A DNA stretch of 64,000 bases. Origin: a virus. Where the stretch lies: positions 1 to 64,000 of IMG/VR virus record IMGVR_UViG_3300047353_000337. The stretch is one strand, 5' to 3'. The stretch's first letter is position 1, and every line of letters begins with the position of its first letter. The notes under the pieces were generated by a model. That model worked only from the letters and a program-made list of their open reading frames with translations. It had not been told where the DNA came from and searched no databases. Made by a program: the position numbers and the translations under genes. Positions 19,301 to 31,300 of the stretch are shown here, in pieces.

Positions 19301-22300
19301 ATCCTAAGTTTACTCCAGAAATATTTTTAGACGACACTTATATTAAAACACCAACAGACGTAACAGGTCCTTATAAAATATATGGCAGAGATGAAACAAC
19401 AACACTGTCTTATAAAGGAAAAGTTGGTTGGTTCTATCCGTTATACACTGATGAAGTATCAGCACAACAAGCAGATATTGCCGCAAGCGGAAACGGCACA
19501 GCCCATGTTCATATATTTGCAGGAAGTAATAAATTATTTTACATGCCAAACGGCACAATGAATCATGCTACTAATGACAGTCAACTATATTCTGAATATG
19601 AAGGTGCAAGAGCAATGCTACAAGGACATGACGGATCTTTGTGGAGATGCTTTGGAGACTTTAGAGACAATTTGTTATTAGATCTTGAAAAAAGAATTTA
19701 TAATAATTTAAAACTTCCTTATAACGAAAATATTTTTAATATTGCAGACTATGTCTCTAGTAAAAATAGAAATACTGGATTTACTAGAAGACAAGTTTCT
19801 AAAACAATGATTTCAGAATTTAACAGTTGGTTAGAAACTGTTGGTAGCCCAGACTATGTATCTAATACAGTTTATAGAGCTGGTGACGGATTTACATATA
19901 ACTATGCATCAGCAGGAGATCCTAACAACAACCCTCTAACAGGTTTTTGGAGATCAATTTACAAAGACTTTTATAACACAGATAGACCACACAGTCATCC
20001 GTGGGAAATACTTGGCTTCAAAGAAAAGCCAATTTGGTTTGATTCTGAGTATGGTTCAGCACCTTATACTAGTAGTAACTTATTACTTTGGGAAGATTTA
20101 TCCAAAGGTATTGTAAGAGGTGTAGAAGGTTCAAAAGTAACATATAGAAACAAGTTTAAAAACGAAGATATTTACAAGTATATTCCGGTTGATGCTAACG
20201 GAAACTTATTAGCACCAAGTGCAACAGGTTATGCTGTAGGGAATGTTCCTACTACTAATGGTAACGAATTTGCATTTGGCGATGAAGGTCCTGTAGAAAC
20301 AGCATGGCGTAGAAGTTCACACTACCCATTTAGTTTAATGATATCGTGGGCATTAAATCAACCAGCACAGTTTTTTGGATTAGCGTTTGATCGCAGTAGA
20401 ATTGTACGTAATGGAGCTGACCAATTAGTTTATAAAGATACAAGTAAGCGTATCGAATTAAACAAATTAGTATTTCCAAATAGTGCAACAGATTCAGCAA
20501 GAGTATTTACAGCAGGTATTGTAAATTACATGCAAGGATATTTAATTGACAACGATACGCTCAAATTTAATGAATATACAAAGAGTTTAAAAGTAGTTGA
20601 AAACAAACTAGGATCTAAAATTGGCGGGTTTACACAAAAGTCAAAATTTAAATTAATATTAGACTCAAGAACACCAACAAATGAAGGCAATGTTTTTGTA
20701 CCAGAAGAAAATTATAAAATACATTTAACTAAAAGTATTCCTTTAAATGTATATTCCTATAGTGGAGTTATAATTGAAATAGCTCCTGGAGGATATATTC
20801 TAAAAGGGTATGATAAAGATAATCCAGTATTTAAATATTATCCTGTTAGAAGAAAAAACAGTGATGTAGTAATTAATGTTGGAGGAGTTAGTGAAAATTT
20901 CCTAACCTGGACAACAGGAAAAACATATCAAGTAGGACAGATTGTTGAAATATCTGATTCTTATTATAGAGTTAAAATTTCGCATACAGCAGGTAATGCA
21001 TTTAATCAAGATAATTTTCAAAAATTAGCTGAACTACCAGAAGAAGGTGGAGCAACAGCATATGTATCAACTAACTTTGAACCAGAACTACAAGAAATGC
21101 AATACGGAACATTGGTCAGAGAAAAACAAGATGTAGTTGATCTATTACTTGGGTATCAACGATATTTAACTAGTGTAGGTTTCAAATTTGATAATTTTAA
21201 TCAAGAGATTGAAGAAATTGAAAATTGGGTACTAAGTGCAAAAGAATTCTTATTCTGGACTACGCAGGCTTGGGATAGCGGAACTATTCTTACACTAAGT
21301 CCAAGTGCAAGACAAATTGAATTTGCAAAAGAATATACTGTTGTTGACGACATATACGATAATTTTTATGATTACAGTTTATTAAAAGCAGACGGTAAAC
21401 GATTGCTTGCAGATTTTGCAACAACTGAGCGTGATAATACAAATGATTTTGGAATCTTTGTAAGAAATACAAATGATGGAATATATCATCTTAAGATTCC
21501 TGTAGTACAGCACGAACATGCAATTATTATTGATAATAATACTATCTTTGGCGATGTAATTTATAATAGAGCTCAAGGTTACAGACAAGAAAGAATAAAA
21601 GTAAAAGGATATCGTTCAGATGAATGGAATGGCTCATATAATATTCCAGGATTTATTTTTGATGATGCAACACCAACTGAATGGACTTCTTGGCAAGATT
21701 ACTCAATTGGAGCATTAGTAAAGTACAAACAATTTTATTATGTTGCTCCAAAAAATATAACTGGAACAGAAAAGTTTGTAGATTCAAACTGGGTAAGATT
21801 AAACGAAAAACCAGAACAGCAGTTATTACCTAACTTTGATTATAAAGCAAGACAGTTTGCAGATTTTTACGATCTTGATTCTGATAATTTTGATATAGAA
21901 CAGCAAAAGTTAGCACAACATCTAACAGGATATCAAAAACGTAAGTATCTTGAAAATATTATTAACGATGATATAAGTCAGTATAAATTTTATCAAGGTG
22001 CTATACAAGATAAAGGAACAAGAAATGTCCTTACAAAACTTTTTGATAAATTAGGAAGTGCTAATAAAGATAGTTTAGAATTTTATGAAGAATGGGCTGT
22101 ACGTGTAGGACGTTATGGAGCAACAACTGGTGACGAACAGTTTGATCTTATTCTCGATGAAGAAAAATATAGACAAGAACCACAACTAATTGAACTAGTT
22201 GATGCAATTAATCCACAAGATACAAGTTTAATTTATAGATTAGATAGAAATGGAGTATATGTTACACCAGATAACTATGATCATAAACCTTTACCAACAA

Positions 22301-25300
22301 AATATTTCAATGATGACAACAGTTATACTAAGTCAGCAGGTTACGTAAATCCTTTAGATGTTACAGCGTCATTAGTATCCTATGATGCTATTTTAGATCA
22401 GACTTTGTATGCTTCAGGTAGTTATATTTGGACTGCCACAGATAAAAGCCAACAAACATGGGGAGTGTATAAAACCCAATCAACAGATTATCGAATTACA
22501 GCAGTAACTGAAAGCCAACAAAATATATTTACAGTTACTTTAGATAAACAGGCTAATTTTACAAAAGGTGATATTATTGGTATCCATGATATATCAGATG
22601 CAACTAACGGATATTATAAAGTTGACAGTACTGAGCTTAATGTTGTTAAACTAGCATCAGTTGAAGGCGAAGATGTTGAAGCAACAGAAGCTGATGCAGA
22701 AGTAAACGGCTTTATTACTGAACTTAAAAAAGCAAGACTATCTACACTATCACTTGCTAACGATAGTATTAAAAAAGATCCAAACAATTTGTTTAGTTTA
22801 ACCGGAAATAATAATGCAACTAATACAATTTGGGTTGACGATGACGACACTGGTAAATGGATTGTACTTAAGAATAGACAAGTTTTTGAATTAAAACCTA
22901 ATATTATTAATACTGCGGCAGGATTGCTAGACTCAACTGAAAAAGATTTTGGTAGTGCATTTAGTGTATCAAAGAATAATAACCGTATTGCAATTACTGC
23001 GCCTAAAGATTTAAATGGTAGTGTTTACGTTTATCAAAGACCTAGCGACAATACTGAATTTGGATTCTTACAACAAATTGACGAACAACTATTTTTGTTT
23101 GATTCAAATGGCGGATTTGGTCAAAGTGTTGCAATGAGTCCAGATGGCAAGTATCTTGCAATTGGTTCACCGCATGCTTCAAATGTTAAAAGTAAATTAA
23201 AGGGTGACTTTGAAAATAATATTTCTTACTTACAAAATGATATTGTACTATATTCAAGTCAGTTATGGAAAGCGGCAAGAAATATTGAAGCTGATGCATT
23301 ACAGTTATACCAAAATCATTCATCCAATGCTCAAGCTAAAGGGAATGATTATATAAGCGATACTCAAAGCTATCCAGAAATTGAATATATTGTACGAGGT
23401 GATTATACATTAGGCGCTAATTCAGATACAGATCATATTTTAGTTAGAGCAGAAAAAGAACAGTTTGAAGGAACTAAGATAGGTGATATATTAACCCTTA
23501 AATGGAATCAGTATACAGCAACAAATCTTGCAGGTAACTTACCATTTAACAACGATAGTACACTTACTCAAACATTATTAAATGGACAACACACTATTGC
23601 TAATAAAGTACAACACATTGTACATATTCAAAGTGCATTAAGTGTTCCCGACGCTGGCACAGAAATTACTACAGATACTTGTAGAGCAACATTAGCCTAT
23701 AGAAGAACTAATGATGAAAACGAGATGCAAGTTTATATTAAAAATGTAAACGGAGCATTTACAGGATCAGGTTCAATATATGCAAATGGCATTCTAGTTG
23801 GAGAATATGAAGAAGTACTTCAAATTACTGATGATTATCATACAGGTTGGTGGTATATTGATGTTGGTTCATCATTTAATTCAACAGAGCTTACAGAGAA
23901 AAATGCAAATCTAGTAATACAAAATATTACACTAGAAGGTAATGTAGTTAACGATCCTTACTTTAGTAATATTTTAGATACTAAACAACTACAAAATATT
24001 CTTAATCCAACTAAAGTTTCGGAGTTAGGAATACTATCTCATACACAAGGACAAAGTAATGTACAAGTGCTTGATAGTAAGTGGTGGATTAGAACACCGT
24101 TAGTTCACGGAAACAGTATTAGTGTAGGTGATAAAACAAGAGTTTGGTTAAATGACATTCGTGTTAACGGAGTAGTACAAGATCCAACTGCTATTGGATT
24201 AACATCAACTTATATTAATGATACAGAGCATACTGTAATTGATGTATGGAATGGTTATGTAGAAGTTAGATTAACAAACTTTGATTTGAACGGTGATCCG
24301 TTTATTCCAAATGTTGGAGATACTCTAACAGATACTGCAACAGGATCAACAGCTGAAATTGCATATATTGAAAGATCGTTTGCTACAGCAAAAATTTATG
24401 TTAAAAATAGAAACGGCACTTGGGCAGTAGGATCAGACTTTGGTACAAATTCAAATGCAACATTTATTGAAAATGATTCAACTGTAAGAACTATTGGTCC
24501 TATTAATTCAGCACACATGGAAAATAGTATTTCAGGACCATTATTAATATTAGATACAGCAACAAATATTCCTGTAGTAATTGGAGGCGCAAATTATTTA
24601 AGAGACTTAGAGTACTGGATTTATTCTTCCAACAGTATTGCAGGTATTACAGATACTGCTAATCCGCCATCAAATCTTAACTTAGATTGGACAAGAGTAT
24701 ATAACCTTCCTGTTGTTGCAGAAGGTTATGAAACAGGGTTAAATGAGCAAGGTACATTTGCAATTTACGAAATAAAAGGTGTTACGTATAGTCTTATTAA
24801 TTACTTTACGGTTCCTAACAGTGCTAACAATAGAAAATTAGGAACAAAATTAAGATTTGTACAACCAAATTCAGATAGTTATAAACTTTATATTCATGCA
24901 GAAGGTGATGCAACAGAAGAAAATCAAGGTAGAATATATTTTGTAAATAAAAATTCTACAGAAGATTGGGCATTATCTGTACAGAAAAATTATAGAGGAA
25001 CCTTTAGGACTTCAGCAACTTATTTTGAAAACGAATATGTTAGATTTGGAGAAACAGTATATAAAGCAAATACTAATTTAATCCCAGGAACATTTAATGT
25101 TAGTCAATGGACTGCACAAACTACTGGACTAGATTTATTAGGATATGTGCCTAACGATACAAACTTCTCGTTAGTTGAAAGTACACTTGATCAAAACAAT
25201 CTTGAAGCATTTGGTACAGACTTTGATGTTAATGCTAATGGTCAAGTATTAGTTGCTAATTCAATGTATACAAGTGTATATGAAATTGAATCAGGCGATG

Positions 25301-28300
25301 CAGTAATAGGATTAGATAGTAGTATTGCAAATAGAAAAGTTGTAGTATACAGACTTAATGATTCAAGTTATGAATATTCGCAAATACTAGAACCTTTTAA
25401 TCAAACAGAAGACTTTGGTACTAGTATTGCAGTTTCAGAAGATGGTACTAAAATTGCTGTTGGCGCTCCGTTAAACAGTGAGATAGAATCTAACGCTGGA
25501 GCAGTATACATTTACACACAAAATGGAACAACATTTAGTTACAGTCAAACTATTCGTCCTGTAACAATTCAACCTAACTCACAGTTTGGGTTTAAGTTAG
25601 ATTTTGACGGCAATACACTTGCAGTCACATCAAGAGGCGGCGATATTGTTACAGCAACAACGTTTGATGCTAATTCTACTTCATTAGATAATGCTTCAAC
25701 AGCATTTAAAGTTACTGATAGAGGAAGCGGAGTTGTAGGTTTATACGAAACAGTTAACAACACGTTATTATACAGCCAAGACTTTGCATACAATTTAGAC
25801 ACACAAGACTTTGGTAATAGAATGCTTGTAAATAATAATCATGTTTATATTGGATTACCTAAACAGCAAATACCAAATAGTAGTGTAATTGATAAAGGCT
25901 TAGTTGCCGAATATAGAAAACCATTAAACACAGAATCTTGGGCAATTACAAGACAACCAGTATTACCAGTAGATACTAGTAAGTTTAAAGGCGTGTACTT
26001 GTATAATGTAACTGATAATAGTTTAATTACTTACTTAGATTATATTGATCCTATTCAAGGAAAGATTGCAGGTCCAGCAGAACAAGAGTTAACTTTCAAA
26101 ACAAGTTATGACCCGGCAAGGTATTCAAATACTACTACAGATTCTGGTATAACTGCACATCCTTTAGATTACACAAGTGATAAATGGATTGGTAAGTTAT
26201 GGTGGGATATCGATAGTGCTAAATTTATTAATCATCATCAAGGTGATATTACAGAATCGACTGCTACGTTTAATAAACTATTTGCAGGAACAACAGTAGA
26301 TGTTTATGAATGGGTAGAATCTACTTTATTACCAAGTGCATGGGACGCTCAGACAGATGACGAAACTGCACTTGATCAAGGTATTAGTGGAACTACATTA
26401 TATGGCGACGGAGCATATAGCGTTAGAAGAAAATTTGATACAGTATCACAAACATTTACAACTTATTATTATTATTGGGTATTGAACAAAGCAACACTAC
26501 CAAATGTAGAAAATAGATTGCTAAGTGCATCTAATGTAACAAGATTAATTTCAGATCCTGCAGGATTAGGTTATAAATTTGTTGCTATGTTAGGATCTAA
26601 TAGATATGCACTACATAACTGTGAATCTTTTATTAATAATAGAGATACTGCAATCAGTTTTAATTGGTGGACAATTGAAAACCAACAACAGCAAACACAC
26701 CTTCAATATCAATTAATTACCGACGGATTAGATACAAGTGTACCTAATAGCGAAATTGAACAAAAATGGTTTGATAGTTTAGTTGGATTTGATAAAAATG
26801 ATAGACCAGTACCGGATATTAATTTACCAGTCAAAGAGAAATACGGTTCATTAAACGAGCCAAGACAAAGTTGGTTTGTTAATAGAACAGAAGCACGTAA
26901 ACAGTTTGTTGAAAGAACAAATAATTCACTAAGCAAAAATTTAATTGTTGATGATTTTGACTTAACTAAATTAACAGGGTTTGATCCTCAACCTACAGTG
27001 GCAACAGGATTATATGATACAACTTCAGACAGTTATGCTGAAATTAGATTTGTTAGTGTTGCTAGAGTTAAACCTGCTAGTTTAACACTAGAAGTTGAAA
27101 ACGGTGTAATTATTAATGTGTTAATTAATGATGCAGGCGCAGGATATATTAATGTTCCTACATACAAAATTACAGATACCGGCGGTAGTGGTTGTGTATT
27201 AGAATTTACACTTGATGCTAATGGCGCAATATCAGATGTTACTATTGTTAATGGCGGTAGAGATTATACAAGTAGTGTAGCAGTTACCATTAGAAAATTT
27301 GCAGTACTTGTTAAGAGTGACGAAACTATTGGCGGCAAATGGAGTGTGTATCAATGGGACGGCACAGAATATTTAAGAACACTAACGCAAAGTTATGATA
27401 TTAATTTATATTGGAATTATGTTGATTGGTACTCACCAGGATATAATCAGTTTACATTTATAAATCATACTATTGATTCTAGTTTCCAAATTTATGCACT
27501 TGATGATCAAATTGATGATATTATTAAAATTAATAATGTTGGTACAGGTGGTTGGTTATTACTAAGAAAAATTAGTAATGCAGATACACAAGATTACACA
27601 TTAAGTTATCAAACTATTGGTAGAGAAAATGGAACTATTGCATTTAAAAATAGTCTTTATGATGTTAATGCAAGTAATACAGCATTTGACGGCGCAAGTT
27701 TTGATAAAATCTTTTATGACACAGAGCCAAACACAGAATTTAGAAAAATACTTGAAATTCTAAAATCAGATATTTTTGTAGATAATCTTTCAATTTACTG
27801 GAATGAATTATTTTTTGCAGGGATACGTTATGTATTCTCAGAGCAACCAAATGTTGATTGGGTATTTAAAACAAGTTTTGTAAAAGCCAAACATAATATT
27901 GGCGAGCTACAACAAAAAGTTACCTTCCAAAACGACAGTTTACCTAGTTACCAAAAATATGTTGAAGAAATGAAACCTTACAAAACTAAGATTAGAGAAT
28001 ATTTAAGTTCTTATGAAAAGGTTGATCCAGCAAGTAATGTTATAACAGATTTTGATCTTTCACCGTTCTATAGCGACTCAGAAGGAAAGATTATACCGCA
28101 AGATGTTAAAATTATTAACGGAGAAATTTCTGTAGGCGATGCAAACGTTTTGACATACCCAGGAAAGCACTGGATAGATACTGTTGGATTTGAAGTTATA
28201 TCTTTTAATATTGCTGACGCAGGACAAGGATATACAGTTGCACCTAAGATTATTATTACCGGCGGCGGCGGCACAGGCGCAACAGCAGAAGCATTTATTG

Positions 28301-31300
28301 GTACTAATGGTAAAGTAACAAGTGTGAAAGTTACAAATACAGGTAGTGGTTATTTAACAAGTCCTACTGTACAAATTATAGGATCATTTGGCGACACTGG
28401 TACAGTTGCTAGATTAAGTCCTGTACTTGGCAAAGGTAAAGCAAGATCTGCACACATTAGATGTAAATTTGATAGAGTTACAGGAAATTACTTATTCCAA
28501 ACACTTATTGAAACTGAAACATTTACTTCAACTATTGATCAACAGATATTTAATTTAAAATGGCCAGTACAACTAAAAGCAACTGAAATTAAAGTTACAG
28601 TTGATGGACTAGAAGCATTGCGTAGTGAGTATGCATTTAGTAATGTTGAAGATACTACTAAAGGTTATACACGAACTTCAGGACGTATTACATTTACTAA
28701 TGCACTTGCAGTAGGTAAAACAGTCGTTATTACATACAATAAAGCACCTGAACTACTACAAGCACAAGATAGAATTAATTTGTACTACAATCCAACTACT
28801 GGAATGTACGGAAACGATCTTGGACAGTTAATAGAAGGCATTGATTACGGCGGAGTAGAAGTAAGTAGCTTTAACTTTGGTACAGGTAGTGGTTGGGATT
28901 CAGATGAATGGTTTACAACAACTTACGATACATTTGATACTACATTTGAAGATGAAATTTTCCAGATTGGTGATGATAGTACACGAGTATTAAATTTTGC
29001 TAGTCCATTAGTTTCAGGAACTATTTACAATGTTTATAAAAACGGTGTAAGAATTGATGATCCTAATTACGGAACAGCAAGTCAAAAAAATGTTAATGCT
29101 AAAATAACAAGTATTACAGGCGCCGGACAAACAGGTGTTGCATTATATGACGATGCTGGTGATTTAGCAAGTAGTATAATTGTACTTAATGAAGAAGATA
29201 TTCCAACAGGGTCTGGAGATATACTTGTATTTAGAAAAACTACTTCAGACGGAGCGTTTTTACCAGATCCAAGATCATATGATACTGTATTAACAGGCGG
29301 CGACTTAGCATTTAGCACAGCAAGAGGTATCAACCCAGAAGAGATTATTATCGATGGTGATGACTTTATAAGTCCAACAACATCAAAAGGTCCTGAGGAA
29401 CAAGTTCCAGGTCAAGTTTTAGACACAGTAAACATCAGAGTATTCCATAGACCAAAAGATGGCGGCAGTATATTATCAAGTAATTCTTATAGAACAGATG
29501 GTATAATAGGATCTTATAACTTTGGTATCCAACCACAGAATAAAGACGGTTTAATTGTTAAAATTGGTGATGTAATACAATCTCAATCGTTGTACACTGT
29601 AGACTATAGAACTAAAACGGTTAAGTTTAATACAGTGCCTAACATAAACCAAGATGTAAATATTTTATCAATTAGCGGTAACGGTAAAAACTCTTTAGAG
29701 CAAAATGAGTTTAGAGGTGATGGTAGTACACTTGCTTATGTAACTAAAATACATTATGATAAAAAGTTAGATTTTTATGCTACAGTTAACGGTGAACTAG
29801 TTGAATCAGTATTAGCGTCAAGTGGTGATAGTACTGAAAAAGATCCAAAAGCAATGATTGTATTTGGTAGCCCACCACCAGATAATAGTATAATCAATTT
29901 TGCAATTTATACAGCAGTAGACTCGTTTAGTAAAATAGAAACATCAGAATTTGTAGGTGACGGAAGTACTAAGGTATTTACACTAGCAAAAACTCCGTAT
30001 AGTGCAAAACCAAATAGTCATAATGTGATTGTTAAACAAGGAAATAAAATTTTAAATCCTGGATACAATCAACAGTTTCCAATAACAGCATTACAAAGAG
30101 AATATTACTTAGAAATATGGCAAACGCCAATTGGTAGTTTTGATAACTCGGACTTATTAGTATTGCTTAACGGTGTAGAACTTACTATTGCAGTTGAGTA
30201 TAATATACGTCCTGCAAACAGTAGTGTTATACTTGAGCCAGGAATTGGAGCTGAAGGTGATATTTTGGAAGTTTACTTACGCACTGACGGTGAGTATGCG
30301 TTTGGTGATATACAAGTTATTAACAATCAAAATACTTGGGTAGACAGCGGAGCAAACTTACAATTAATTACAGCACCAGCTGAAGGCGAAAAACTTACTG
30401 TTTATACATTTAACAAACATGATAGTATGGACTTTGAAAGACAGAACTTTGATGTTGTTGCAAGAAGTGTAATTTCTGTAGGTACAGAAGACCACATACA
30501 GTTTAATCATATCAAAGCAGGGCTAGTTAAATTAAGATATCCTGCAATCGATGCACAATATGTTTGGTTAACTATTAATGGTATACTACAAACACCAAGT
30601 GTTGATTACAAACTAACAGATGATAGAAACTTTGTAAAATATAACGGATCATTTGCAGATAATGATGTAGTTGAAGTTATACAATTTAGCTCTCAAGGAG
30701 AAATTACTCCTAAGTTTGGATTTAGTCAGTTTAAAGATATTTTAAATAGAAACATTTATAAACGACTTGGAGATGTTGCACCACTTAAACTTGCAAAAGA
30801 TTTAGCAACATTTGACAAAGAAATATTCTTAGATGATGCAAGTAATCTAAGCCAGCCTGATAAGAATAGTAGTATTCCGGGTATTTTGTTTATTAATGGA
30901 GAACGCATTGAATACTTGATTAAACAAGGCAATGTGTTGCGTCAAATACAAAGAGGAACATTAGGAACTGGTGTTGCAAGTATACACGAAGCAGGTAGTG
31001 ATGTATACAATCAAGGCCCAATACAAACAGCACCATATATGGATCAAACTATTGTAGATGAACAAATAGGTGACGGATCAACAACAGTATTTCCATTAGC
31101 ATTTACTCCTAAAAGCGTAAATGAGTTTGAAGTATTTGTTGCAGGCAAAAGATTACGTAAAAACGCAGTACAAGTGTTTAATCCAGCATTAGATCAAGAT
31201 TCACCCGAAGCTGATGAAACAGCACTAGCTGAGTTTTCAGTAGATGGTACAACAGCAAGTGTAACTCTGTTAAATACACCAGTAGTGAATGCTAACATAA

